Positions 1 to 9,615 of a stretch of 57,468 nt of DNA are shown piece by piece. Each line of letters begins with the position of its first letter. Within the stretch, counting starts at the first letter, position 1. The position numbers were made by a program, and so were the translations under genes. The notes beneath the pieces were generated by a model, which was not told the DNA's origin, ran no database searches, and saw only the letters and a program-made list of their open reading frames with translations. Source of the stretch: a virus (taxonomy: Duplodnaviria > Caudoviricetes); IMG/VR virus record IMGVR_UViG_3300023276_000855, positions 1 through 57,468 of that record; one strand, given 5' to 3'.

Positions 1-271
1 ACTTCAACTAAAGCAAATTGAAGAACATAAACAAGTTGATGTGACAAATTCAAATAAATAATAAATTCGTTTATATAATAAATTCGGATGTATACGCAAA
101 AACCGCAGGTTATGTGACATGTATATGTATTATATACATGTCACAGGAGCACACACACATGTACACACACACATACATGTGCATACATGTATTATGATAC
201 ACGCAAGCGCACAGACGTACACACACACATTTAACAACCAATCACAGTTGACCAATATTAATAATAAAAAT

Positions 272-451
272 ATGTATTACGAAGAAGAACTAAAGGATGG
301 AATATTATGGTGTAGGACTACACCAACAGGTAAATGGAGACAGTGTAGTATGGAGACTATGAGTGAACGTATTGTAAGAATGAAAAAAGAAATTCACTAT
401 TTGAAATTACAAATAGAAAGCAATAAAGAAGAGTTGGATTCGTTAAGATAA
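272..451 (+). CDS. hypothetical early protein
   Basis: ORF 119..451; the likelier start is ATG 272 after an AT-rich leader, because the upstream part is RY low-complexity sequence. Confidence 0.6.
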   Translation: MYYEEELKDGILWCRTTPTGKWRQCSMETMSERIVRMKKEIHYLKLQIESNKEELDSLR

Positions 452-634
452 CCGACTCAAACAACAAACAATTTTAGTGTAATGATAATGGTCACTCCTT
501 AGATATTAATTATAATGTTATTAATTATCTAAGGAGTGTTATTGTTTATATGTATAATGTTATCTTCATCTATATGTTAATGAATATCTTTATAATTAGT
601 CATCTAGTAAAATGGATATGTGGGGAATGCATCC

Positions 635-714
635 GTAAAACTGTTTTTACTTTCCAGTATGCCAGATTTCAAATCTCTATTGTAAAACTGTTTTTACTTT
701 CTGATAAGGTAGAG
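635..714 (+). promoter_or_regulatory. tandem pair of early boxes GTAAAACTGTTTTTACTTT (635, 682), the second followed by TGATAAGGT
   Basis: Exact 19-bp motif repeated about 14 times in 0.6-13.3 kb; GTAAAA-N17-TAnnnT geometry. Confidence 0.75.
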
Positions 715-831
715 TTGCGCCCAAACTCTCCCTAATGAGAATAGGGAAAGCGAAAATAAAAATTGACAACTCTCTCTTTATATGAGAGAACTTGATTTCA
801 CCCATAAATTAACACTAATAAACTAATTATT

Positions 832-1560
832 ATGCAATTCCCTAACGTTACCCAAACATTACTCTCTGAAAACACAAAAATTTCTAAGGGTATTAAGACT
901 AAAAATATTCGTACCTTTGGTATTCATTTAGCTCCTGCTGGATTATCAGGTTATCAAGTTTGTGCTCATGCATCGAAAGGTTGTGAAGAATCTTGCCTTA
1001 ATACAAGTGGAAGAGGTGCGCAATCAAATGTGCAAATTGCGCGTATTAAGAAAACTAAAGCTTTGTTTGAACATAAAGCTGAGTTCATGGCTAAGTTGTT
1101 TAAAGAAGTATCTACAAAAATTAAGACTTCAAAAAGAACTGGTGTGCAAGTTTCATTCCGTTTCAATCTTACTTCTGATGTTATGTGGGAAAAGATTAAA
1201 CATAATGGAAAGAACCTTTTCGAGACTTTTCCAGATGTTCAGTTTTATGATTATACAAAAAACTATAATCGTGCAATGGACTTTGTGAATAAGAGATTGC
1301 CTGAAAACTATCATATTACTTTCTCTCGTTCAGAGGAAAATGTAAGTCTCTGTGAAGCTGCATTGAAGTTTGGAGCTAACGTGGCTTATGTATTTATGAG
1401 TAAGCGGGGGGATAAACTTCCAGAAACTTATAAAGGTTATAAAGTTATTGATGGTGATGCTGATGATCTAAGATTCTTAGATGATGCAAACTGTATTGTT
1501 GGACTACGCTCAAAAGGTAAGGCTAACAAAGATGAAACTGGTTTCGCAATCCAACTTTAA
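832..1560 (+). CDS. Gp88-like (radical-SAM-like Fe-S) phage protein
   Basis: CAHASKGCEESCLNTSGRG, RFNLTSD, VQFYDYTK, YHITFS and DGDADDLRFLD motifs typical of the phage gp88 family. Confidence 0.75.
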   Translation: MQFPNVTQTLLSENTKISKGIKTKNIRTFGIHLAPAGLSGYQVCAHASKGCEESCLNTSGRGAQSNVQIARIKKTKALFEHKAEFMAKLFKEVSTKIKTSKRTGVQVSFRFNLTSDVMWEKIKHNGKNLFETFPDVQFYDYTKNYNRAMDFVNKRLPENYHITFSRSEENVSLCEAALKFGANVAYVFMSKRGDKLPETYKGYKVIDGDADDLRFLDDANCIVGLRSKGKANKDETGFAIQL

Positions 1561-1572
1561 TAACACATTATT

Positions 1573-1767
1573 ATGATTAACTATAAAGTTGTAGACGAAA
1601 CTGGATTTACATTATTCTTTAATAATAAGAGTGGTATGGGTACGCCTTATCAACAAATGAAAAGGTATATAAGAAATACCACTAAAAAAGTGCGCTTGTA
1701 TTATAAAGATATGTCTAGTGAATTTAATATGGGATGGAAGTTACAAGCTGTAATTAACGACAAATAA
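1573..1767 (+). CDS. hypothetical protein
   Basis: ORF in a tightly packed plus-strand operon. Confidence 0.6.
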   Translation: MINYKVVDETGFTLFFNNKSGMGTPYQQMKRYIRNTTKKVRLYYKDMSSEFNMGWKLQAVINDK

Positions 1768-1768
1768 T

Positions 1769-1918
1769 ATGTCAACAGAATTAGCTTATACATATTTATC
1801 AGTAGCCGCTATCATGGTAGATAGAGGTTTTTCAATCCAAGAGATTAAAGTATTCTTACGGAGTAATAAAACATCTACTGGATATATTAAACAATCAAAA
1901 ATCCCAACTAAGAAGTAA
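1769..1918 (+). CDS. small hypothetical protein (MSTELAYTYL..., 49 aa)
   Basis: Read manually; fills the gap between neighbouring ORFs with TAATATG junctions. Confidence 0.5.
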   Translation: MSTELAYTYLSVAAIMVDRGFSIQEIKVFLRSNKTSTGYIKQSKIPTKK

Positions 1919-1919
1919 T

Positions 1920-2303
1920 ATGGAAAAGAAAGTAGTAAGAAATTTTTGGAAAGAACGTCAATCATCTGGTTGTGTAGATTTCATTGCACAAGTTACTAAA
2001 GAATATGGTGTTGATATTGCACATGATGTGAAAGCATATTATGTAATATGTTCCACCACCAAAACTAAACTTAAAGATTTAAAGGAAGGTAATAAAACAT
2101 TTGGGGAAAGAGTAAAGAAGGTATTCAGACGTAGATATTTATACATTGATAAAGGTCATAATAATCAGTGGGATGAATATATAGATGCCATTGAGACAAT
2201 TACTATGTCTAAGCAATGTTGGGAAATAAGTAAATGGAATTTAACAAGCCAAGTTGATCTTCCTAAAACAATTAAAGGAATAACTGGCATAACATTTGAA
2301 TAA
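1920..2303 (+). CDS. hypothetical protein
   Basis: 127-aa ORF in operon context. Confidence 0.65.
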   Translation: MEKKVVRNFWKERQSSGCVDFIAQVTKEYGVDIAHDVKAYYVICSTTKTKLKDLKEGNKTFGERVKKVFRRRYLYIDKGHNNQWDEYIDAIETITMSKQCWEISKWNLTSQVDLPKTIKGITGITFE

Positions 2304-2742
2304 TATTATGATTGAAAATACACATAAAGTAGGAGACAAGGTTCATGTAGATCATTATACATGTTTTAATGGGGATGGTATATCATTTAGTGGACATATT
2401 CTTGAATATGTTAAGGATGCTCCCAACTTTGTTATAATCAGAAGTGATGCAGATATTAAACTATATGTTGTTAATGTTGCAGACATTACATCTATGGAAA
2501 ATACACATGGAACCTTTACAGATGTTGAGGAAGGTCAATTCTTCACATATATAGGGCGAATCTATCGTAAGGTTAATATGCATGAGGGTACTGCAATGGC
2601 ATTATGTTTTATTGATGGAACTTTAAAACGCAGTTCTTCAAAAGGTAATCATTTACCTCCTGCAAATTACCTTGTTGAAATACGATGGGATTCAAAAGTT
2701 GATAAAGTATCTAATAATATCAGCGACTTGCTGGAAAACTAG
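2296..2742 (+). CDS. hypothetical protein
   Basis: 148-aa ORF in operon context; the start may be the ATG at 2308. Confidence 0.6.
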   Translation: MNNIMIENTHKVGDKVHVDHYTCFNGDGISFSGHILEYVKDAPNFVIIRSDADIKLYVVNVADITSMENTHGTFTDVEEGQFFTYIGRIYRKVNMHEGTAMALCFIDGTLKRSSSKGNHLPPANYLVEIRWDSKVDKVSNNISDLLEN

Positions 2743-2757
2743 CATTAGCTAGAAATT

Positions 2758-2786
2758 GTAAAACTGTTTTTACTTTCTGATAAGAT
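2758..2786 (+). promoter_or_regulatory. early box plus extended -10 (TGATAAGAT)
   Basis: Exact copy of the repeated motif upstream of ORF 2875. Confidence 0.75.
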
Positions 2787-2874
2787 AGTAACAAGCCAAG
2801 CTCAAAAGAGCTTTCCAAGCCAAGCTCGAAAGCGAGCATTCAAAACATATAAACACTATTAATAATAAATCATT

Positions 2875-3582
2875 ATGAATAATAATACTAATACTCCATC
2901 CCTCACTGCTGAAAACATTCAAGAGAACATTGAAAATGCAAAAGGCTTTTATGTTAAAGCCGTTTGGAAGTCAGATGTTAAGCCTAAAGCTTCCCTTAAA
3001 GCACATAAGCTTGTTAAAATTACCTCTGCTGTATGTCGTGCTGGTGTAGATTATGCAAATCTTACTTCTGTAAAAGAAGGTATTGCATCTGGTGAGCGTG
3101 GTGAAGTTCAATCCCTTCCGTGGGGTGAGTGGTATAAGTTCCCTACTGTAATTACACATAAAGGTGCATTCTACTATCGCCTATATCCTACTAAGAATAA
3201 AGAGCAACGTCCTAATAGTAAGTTCTTTGTTGATGGTAAGCAAGTTGATAAAGAAACATTTGCAGAGTATCTAACTCCTAGTAATGCAAAGAAACTCATG
3301 CAACCTTCTGAACTTACATGTTTCACTGTTAAAGCAGAAAACATTACTGGTGTGGAAGACTTCGATCAATTTGAACTCTATGTAGATGACATTGTTGAAG
3401 AAACTCCAGTTGTTGAGGAGAAAGAATACTTAGTTGTGCTTTCTCAAGAAATTATTACTTCAATCAAAGTTAAAGCATCTTCACTTGATGAAGCTAATGA
3501 TAAAGTAATGTCTGGTGAGTTTGATGATTCAAATGTTGATGATGTTACTGCCAAAGATTCTGAAATCATCAGCGAGCAATAA
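2875..3582 (+). CDS. hypothetical phage protein with acidic C-terminal domain
   Basis: 235-aa ORF with strongly biased codons, downstream of an early box. Confidence 0.75.
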   Translation: MNNNTNTPSLTAENIQENIENAKGFYVKAVWKSDVKPKASLKAHKLVKITSAVCRAGVDYANLTSVKEGIASGERGEVQSLPWGEWYKFPTVITHKGAFYYRLYPTKNKEQRPNSKFFVDGKQVDKETFAEYLTPSNAKKLMQPSELTCFTVKAENITGVEDFDQFELYVDDIVEETPVVEEKEYLVVLSQEIITSIKVKASSLDEANDKVMSGEFDDSNVDDVTAKDSEIISEQ

Positions 3583-3666
3583 AACATATTTCATGCTCAG
3601 AGTAAACTGTAAATCTGACTGGTAGGAAAGACTACCTTTAACTTATAACAAATAGAAATTATACAT

Positions 3667-3834
3667 ATGTCAGGACTCAAATCATCTTCAAACTTCGATA
3701 ATGCACCAATTAAGAGTGCAGTGCCTTCATTTACTATTAGTAAGTCTAAGTCTAAGCCTAAACAATTCATTATGCGTAAGGGTAAGGAAGTATATTCAAC
3801 ATCTGTTAAACTTAAACATTCAAACGAATATTAA
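3667..3834 (+). CDS. small basic hypothetical protein (MSGLKSSSNF..., 55 aa)
   Basis: Read manually; ends TAA one base before ATG 3836. Confidence 0.5.
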   Translation: MSGLKSSSNFDNAPIKSAVPSFTISKSKSKPKQFIMRKGKEVYSTSVKLKHSNEY

Positions 3835-3835
3835 T

Positions 3836-4126
3836 ATGACTCAACTACCATTGTATAAAGCTTCCCAACAAATAATGAGTATATGGGGGGAAGGTAAGGA
3901 AGCAAGCGTTTATTCACCTTCCCTTGGTCATAATATTAATATCCAAGCTATTCATGGATGGGATAAATCCACTATGAAGTATTGGGAAGAGTATCAGACT
4001 GAAGACTGGGAAGTGCAACATGATTTCATACTAGTGAGTGTGAAGATTGTAGATGTAAATGAGCAAACATCTATAGAAAAACTTGTTCTACCTAAACATA
4101 CTAGCGTATCAATCGAATACACATAA
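3836..4126 (+). CDS. hypothetical protein
   Basis: 3' part of ORF 3701..4126 from ATG 3836. Confidence 0.6.
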   Translation: MTQLPLYKASQQIMSIWGEGKEASVYSPSLGHNINIQAIHGWDKSTMKYWEEYQTEDWEVQHDFILVSVKIVDVNEQTSIEKLVLPKHTSVSIEYT

Positions 4127-4135
4127 CCAATAATA

Positions 4136-4164
4136 ACCTAATCATTGAATTGATTAGGTTTTTT
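4136..4164 (+). terminator. intrinsic terminator-like hairpin
   Basis: ACCTAATCA-loop-TGATTAGGT followed by a T-run; related copy at about 10697. Confidence 0.6.
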
Positions 4165-4192
4165 GGGTGAATCCTATAAATATATTATCCCT

Positions 4193-4750
4193 ATGTCTCA
4201 AATCACAAAATCTCGTATCATTAAAAGCATCCAAACTCGCGTTGAAGAATGTATTGTCCAAGCTGAAAAGTATTACAATAAGTCATTTGAACGTCCAAGA
4301 GCTATCATTTATAAAGAAAATGGTACATGTGGGGGATGGTCTAACTATAGTACAAGGGAACTGATGTTTCAGATTGATCTTATGCGTCTCAACTTTGATG
4401 AATATATGAATGTTATAATTCCCCATGAAGTTGCACACTGGGTTCAAGGTAGTTTATATCCTTATTCCACATCACATGGTCGTGAGTGGAAAAGTATAAT
4501 GGTTAAATGTTTTAACCTTCCACCTGAAAGATGTCATTTCATGGATACTACACAAATCAAGTGTAAACAATATACAAGATTTGAATTGGATTGTTCATGT
4601 GGTCACGTCCATAATCTTACAAAACGCATATCTAAAGTTGTGCTTACTTCATCTACACGTTATCGCATATGTAGTTTATGCAAAACTCGCATCACTAAAC
4701 ATATGTTTAGAATGAGTGATGAATTTATCACATTTGCAGCAACTCTCTAA
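4193..4750 (+). CDS. SprT-like zinc metalloprotease
   Basis: HEVAH, HGREWK and C-terminal CxC..H..CxxC zinc ribbon. Confidence 0.85.
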   Translation: MSQITKSRIIKSIQTRVEECIVQAEKYYNKSFERPRAIIYKENGTCGGWSNYSTRELMFQIDLMRLNFDEYMNVIIPHEVAHWVQGSLYPYSTSHGREWKSIMVKCFNLPPERCHFMDTTQIKCKQYTRFELDCSCGHVHNLTKRISKVVLTSSTRYRICSLCKTRITKHMFRMSDEFITFAATL

Positions 4751-4782
4751 CTCTCTATTAACCAATAACTTATATTAATAAT

Positions 4783-5286
4783 ATGAAAACACTCCAAGAA
4801 ATTTATAACTTCATCATTCCTACAATCTTTGAAAAGAATGATCAATGTACCAGCCAAGGCGGCTCATGTGTATATGACAACAAATTGAAAGATAGTCAAT
4901 GTTTAGTTGGACGCTGCATTCTTAAAGAACATAGAGGAACTGAGTATGAAGGGAGTGGACTTATACAAGTCACTGATTGGGATATGAAACATAATGAGAC
5001 TGAGTATAAAGGTTCTCTAAAGGAAGCATTATTCAAGTCAGGTATTGATACAGATGACGAAGATGTATATTCCCTCCTTGAAAACTTTCAATCCTTTCAT
5101 GATGATTATACTTCAGCAGGAGGTATGATGCTTAACTTTGATGAACCTCTTCATTTTGAGCAAGACATTGATTACCTAAAGACGATTGGTATCGAATTCA
5201 ATCTTGATGTATCAATTGTTGATAAATGCATCATTGCTAATACAGATAAGTATAGTGATGCTCTTAAAGAAACTTTCACAAAGTAA
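4783..5286 (+). CDS. hypothetical protein, paralogue of 10753..11265
   Basis: Shared C(V/F)Y...CLVGR.I...SGID.DD...L...Q.FHD pattern. Confidence 0.7.
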   Translation: MKTLQEIYNFIIPTIFEKNDQCTSQGGSCVYDNKLKDSQCLVGRCILKEHRGTEYEGSGLIQVTDWDMKHNETEYKGSLKEALFKSGIDTDDEDVYSLLENFQSFHDDYTSAGGMMLNFDEPLHFEQDIDYLKTIGIEFNLDVSIVDKCIIANTDKYSDALKETFTK

Positions 5287-5290
5287 TAAT

Positions 5291-5572
5291 ATGTTGACTA
5301 ATCTTACAGAAGAATTAAAAAATATCCAATTAGGTAGAGCCTATGGGTTTGAAGAAATGCAATTGGAAGACATAACACATTATAAATCTTACCTTAATAA
5401 GAAGATAGATCGATCAACATATGATGTGCATCTATGGAAATACAATGATCTCCTTCTTGCAGTTGTTAAGTGTAAAGAACCATACATTGAAGTATGTTAT
5501 GATGTGGAAGAACTCATTGTTGCAGGTGTGACTTGGGTGGATTGTTTAAAACGTAACGGGGAATTTAACTAA
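5291..5572 (+). CDS. hypothetical protein
   Basis: ATG 5291 within ORF 5186..5572. Confidence 0.6.
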   Translation: MLTNLTEELKNIQLGRAYGFEEMQLEDITHYKSYLNKKIDRSTYDVHLWKYNDLLLAVVKCKEPYIEVCYDVEELIVAGVTWVDCLKRNGEFN

Positions 5573-5573
5573 T

Positions 5574-6023
5574 ATGAAAGATTTAATTATTGCATCCATC
5601 AAGAAATGGAAAGATAGCGATGATATTGGCATAATGACAAACATTGAGGTTGAGGGTGTATATATTTGTAAGTATTTAAGAAATGAATATGTAAGTAACC
5701 CAACCAATAGGGCACATTGTATGGTTCATGGATGACCTGCCGTTATTGTATCTACAGTTGTGGATACTGATGAAGAGATGAATGCTGATTATGAAGTCTT
5801 GAATAGTTTTCCATATCAAGCATATCAATATGCCATTCAATATGTTTGGCATAAACACAACCCAATTAAATTGGGGGGAGATAGTATGTACTTTTCCAAC
5901 CTAAGAATTGAGAAAGGTAGAGAAAAGCTTATTAAGTTCTTTGAATCTCTTAATGAGGAAGAGTGGGATTATATTAAGAACGGAAGAAAGAAACTATTAA
6001 AGGATAGAACCGATGGAGAATAA
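5574..6023 (+). CDS. candidate selenoprotein A (149 aa, in-frame UGA at codon 54)
   Basis: Open from ATG 5574 to TGA 5733-5735 and in frame with ORF 5760..6023; SECIS-like hairpin at 5748-5767; paralogue at 6574 has the same arrangement. Confidence 0.7.
5748..5767 (+). promoter_or_regulatory. SECIS-like hairpin GTATCTAC-AGTT-GTGGATAC
   Basis: 8-bp stem with an AGUU loop, starting 12 nt after the in-frame UGA. Confidence 0.65.
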
Positions 6024-6570
6024 TATTATTAATAATCAAATGAGTCTGCAACAGATTCAAGATATCTTAAATGACCACACCAACATTATTACAATACATA
6101 ATAGTAATGAGGAACTGTTCAAAACTATGCGAGCCAATGATCTAATGGTTTGTGTGAATTCAGGCTATATATATCTAGCAGATCTTGATCTAGATAATAA
6201 ATATCCCATTGATGAATATAGAATTAGTTGGGGATTTACAACAATCAATGCTATTGAATCAGAAAGAAGAGATAGTTATAAACCATCAAGTGAACATTTT
6301 GTATTGGATAAGGAAGCAAGACAATGGAGAATGGTGTCAGGTGGGCATGATTGTGTATCATGTGGTGATATTGATATGGTATGGAAGGCAAACATTAAGA
6401 AAGTTGTCTTTGGTAGCTGGGAATTCACTAGGGATGATATTAATACCATGAAGCTTATGCATGATAGATTTGATATTAGTGTAGAAGACGAAGAACTGGA
6501 AGAACCCTCAACACATAGTGATGGATGCAATTGTACACATGATTGTAATTGTGACGATATACCTTTTTAA
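6013..6570 (+). CDS. hypothetical protein with Cys/His-rich acidic tail ending DDIPF
   Basis: 185-aa ORF. Confidence 0.65.
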   Translation: MENNIINNQMSLQQIQDILNDHTNIITIHNSNEELFKTMRANDLMVCVNSGYIYLADLDLDNKYPIDEYRISWGFTTINAIESERRDSYKPSSEHFVLDKEARQWRMVSGGHDCVSCGDIDMVWKANIKKVVFGSWEFTRDDINTMKLMHDRFDISVEDEELEEPSTHSDGCNCTHDCNCDDIPF

Positions 6571-6573
6571 GAT

Positions 6574-7002
6574 ATGGAAAAACTAATAAAAGAAGTAAAG
6601 GAACGTATTAAGAATACACTTGATACATGGACTGATGGTACATATGCAATCATTCGGGATGAAGTATTAACTAAGGAGTTATCAGTTGCAGGTTGCCCCC
6701 TAGGTATAACGCAAGATACAAGGGAATCCATCTTTGAAAAGGGATGACCAGCCATGATTATTCCAGCAGTTGTTGGAATTATGGATATTTCATATGTATC
6801 AAGTAGTTATCAAAATGCTATACAAGATCTATGGGAAGATAAAGGGTATAATGAAAATGATACATATGATGATTTTACATATGATGAGTATTCATACTAC
6901 TTCAGACTAACTACTCCAAAAGGTAGGGAACATCTACAAACATTCTTTGACTCCCTTACAGATGAAGAGTGGGTAACATTAATTAATACAAAGGAAAAAT
7001 AG
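6574..7002 (+). CDS. candidate selenoprotein B (142 aa, in-frame UGA at codon 58)
   Basis: Open from ATG 6574 to TGA 6745-6747 and in frame with ORF 6754..7002; SECIS-like hairpin at 6760-6779; shares G*PA, YQxAIQxxW and KGRExLxxFFxSLxxEEW with 5574..6023. Confidence 0.7.
6760..6779 (+). promoter_or_regulatory. SECIS-like hairpin ATTCCAGC-AGTT-GTTGGAAT
   Basis: 8-bp stem with an AGUU loop, 12 nt after the in-frame UGA; compensatory changes relative to the 5748 copy. Confidence 0.65.
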
Positions 7003-7200
7003 GAACTTTCAATTATTACTGAAAGTTTAGAAAGTTCAGGAAGTTTAGTAATAATTGGAAGTATAAATATATTAGGAAGTAATAGCAGGAAGCTATGTAG
7101 AAGCAGGGCTGGGAGTGTTTGGGTGGCTTAGTATTAATAAGAGATTCAAATGCTTTCTAGCCCTATAGAGAGAACGCAAAAGTAGACAGGTAATAAAGTA

Positions 7201-7671
7201 ATGGAGAGAAATGAGAGAATTGAAGAATATGAAAAGGAAATTCGTACAGAAAAAGGAATTTCTGATGATGTAGTAATTGATGTACATGAAGTTGCAGAAA
7301 TGCATAGAGATGTATTTGATGCATTCATTGGATGTTTACAAAAGATAAGTGCTATAAAAAGAACTTCAATTACAGATAGAAATGATGGAAAAGATTTTAA
7401 TATACCTAGTTCAGATGTAGTTGTAACTGATACTAAACATGGAATTGGATTAGTTATGGTTGTTGATGAAGTGGAGTTTTTGGATGATACATGGGAAGTT
7501 ACATGTGTAGCTACACACGGAACTACTTTTGAAGTATTAATATCATTGGAAGATGCAGTAATGACAAAGGATTCAGTAATTATACAGACTTATGGAGAAC
7601 ACACAGTTTCTTTTCAGTTAATAGAAGTATTAGATATTGCAGGAGTAAAGGATATTACAGAGGAAGATTGA
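7201..7671 (+). CDS. hypothetical acidic protein
   Basis: 156-aa ORF. Confidence 0.6.
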   Translation: MERNERIEEYEKEIRTEKGISDDVVIDVHEVAEMHRDVFDAFIGCLQKISAIKRTSITDRNDGKDFNIPSSDVVVTDTKHGIGLVMVVDEVEFLDDTWEVTCVATHGTTFEVLISLEDAVMTKDSVIIQTYGEHTVSFQLIEVLDIAGVKDITEED

Positions 7672-8227
7672 TATTATTTTGCCCTAGAATATATAATTGT
7701 CTAGAAATAATAAACTCGCCTGCCCTCAAAAACGTAGCTATACATAAATATCCCCTCAATATATGTATATTTTCGTTAATGAATAAGGTTGATAGGGAGT
7801 TTTTATTATATGATAGTTCCATATAGGAAGAAAGTTAGTAAACCCTAGGGAGAAAGTGCTTTTAACCTATATGGAATAAGATAATTAGTATTCTAGGGTA
7901 TTATCAATAATTAAGAATTAGGGTATTAAATGGCATAAAAAGGTTACTAAGCAGGGGTTAATGTATTGAGTTTTGGTATTCCTCAATATACATTAACCCC
8001 TGTTTTTAATGAATCCTATATGGAATAAGGGAAAAACCAACCTTAAACCCCTAGGAAGAAATGGCTTTTCCAATCAATAATAATGTATTAATTAACAACC
8101 CAACCCTCAACAATACAATGATTAATAACACATCTATATACAATACAACAACTAATAAAACATTTATCTTGTATTCATCTATTAATAATGTAACATCGGG
8201 AAATATACATATGTAGGGAATGCATCG

Positions 8228-8303
8228 GTAAAACTGTTTTTACTTTTTGGTATGGTGAGAATCCCCTATTCCATGTAAAACTGTTTTTACTTTCTGATAA
8301 GGT
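8228..8303 (+). promoter_or_regulatory. tandem early boxes (8228, 8275) with TGGTATGGT and TGATAAGGT -10-like elements
   Basis: Two exact motif copies 47 bp apart, as at 635/682. Confidence 0.75.
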
Positions 8304-8343
8304 AGAGATGGCAATAATGCCAGAGAAAATACATATTACCCTT

Positions 8344-8958
8344 ATGATTATATCACCTTACAACCTGCCAAGTTCATCTATAAATAATGTTCACACATTT
8401 AACACATTAGGCATAGATGAAGATCTTATTATTACAATAGATCTTACTAATCAAATTATTCAAGCTGAACGAATCGACTTTATAGAAGATGAAAATGGTG
8501 ATGGTGATTGGATTGGTGAAGTCATTCCAGTTACAGAAGAACTCTATGAAGAAATTGGTAGTAAGTTCTTATTCATCATTGGAGATGTTCAATATCACTT
8601 TGAAGAGTTTATGCCAAATAAAGGAAGACTACAATTTGTAGATGCAATCTTACCTCTCACTAATAAAGAACTTTTTCAATTAGTTGGTGGTGTGAAGTAT
8701 GATGAAAAACTTCCTGCATTTGTTTACATTAACGAGAAACGTATTCTCACTGAAGTAACTGTTAAAGAGAAGTCATTACACTTTAAGAAGAACCAGAATG
8801 ATGATTACTTCTTTATATTTGAAACATCTGAAAACATTGAAAACATGTTCTACAATCGTATTGATAAGAACCTAAGAATTCAACTTACAGATTATAAGGA
8901 AGGTAATAAAGCAGATCTAGACTTTACTATTAACTTCCTTTCACAAAAATCCCTCTAA
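8344..8958 (+). CDS. hypothetical protein
   Basis: ORF 8308..8958; likely start ATG 8344 after the shared leader ACATATTACCCTT. Confidence 0.65.
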   Translation: MIISPYNLPSSSINNVHTFNTLGIDEDLIITIDLTNQIIQAERIDFIEDENGDGDWIGEVIPVTEELYEEIGSKFLFIIGDVQYHFEEFMPNKGRLQFVDAILPLTNKELFQLVGGVKYDEKLPAFVYINEKRILTEVTVKEKSLHFKKNQNDDYFFIFETSENIENMFYNRIDKNLRIQLTDYKEGNKADLDFTINFLSQKSL

Positions 8959-8967
8959 ACAACTTAT

Positions 8968-8996
8968 TCCCCACTACATAATGTAGTGGGGTTTTT
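8968..8996 (+). terminator. intrinsic terminator
   Basis: CCCCACTACAT-A-ATGTAGTGGGG followed by TTTTT. Confidence 0.7.
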
Positions 8997-9017
8997 ACCC
9001 TATAACTTATTACTTAT

Positions 9018-9614
9018 ATGAAAACTTATATTGAACCATTCACTGGCGAACAAGCAATTCAAGACTTCAATGTTTATGAATACAATGTTGATCATCTAAT
9101 CATTACTATTGATTGGAGAAAGAAACATTATCATATTCAAGACTGGAATGATAAAACATATGAAAGTGTTAACTCAGTGGATTATGCAGAACTTCGTTTC
9201 AAACATGATGGTATTGTCTATGACTTTCCTACTATTGCTAAGAACTTTGTATGTATGAATAGAAATGCATACTGGGAAAGCTGGGATATACATAATATTC
9301 GTAAGGCTATTGAACTTAGTCCAGCTTGCATGATTAGTGAATTACCTAATAACTTCATGGAGAGATTAAGTCTTGGTAAGGTTATTAATAAGTCACACAT
9401 TGATCTTGGTGATTATAACATTACTAAAGTTTGTACTACTGGTGATGAATTCTCTGAGTTATCAATACAGTTTACATACAACAATGAAAACATCATTATC
9501 GCCCATGATGAAGTTGTTGAATATGGATTAGTAGATGATATCATTATCATTTGTGCATATGGTAAGAACTATGCAATTCAATGCCTTTCATTTAACAATA
9601 ACCCAATTAAATAA
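9018..9614 (+). CDS. hypothetical protein
   Basis: 198-aa ORF. Confidence 0.65.
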   Translation: MKTYIEPFTGEQAIQDFNVYEYNVDHLIITIDWRKKHYHIQDWNDKTYESVNSVDYAELRFKHDGIVYDFPTIAKNFVCMNRNAYWESWDIHNIRKAIELSPACMISELPNNFMERLSLGKVINKSHIDLGDYNITKVCTTGDEFSELSIQFTYNNENIIIAHDEVVEYGLVDDIIIICAYGKNYAIQCLSFNNNPIK

Positions 9615-9615
9615 T

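Noticed and set aside
3595-3637. Two small hairpins (TCAGA/TCTGA, GGTAG/CTACC) as a riboswitch
   Set aside because: Too short, and no recognisable aptamer consensus.
5733-6747. Genome-wide UGA reassignment (code 4/25), or two independent pseudogenes
   Set aside because: TGA ends many genes, often as ATGA overlaps, and long conserved genes have no internal TGA. The same position, context and covarying hairpin in two diverged paralogues is unlikely for random nonsense mutations.
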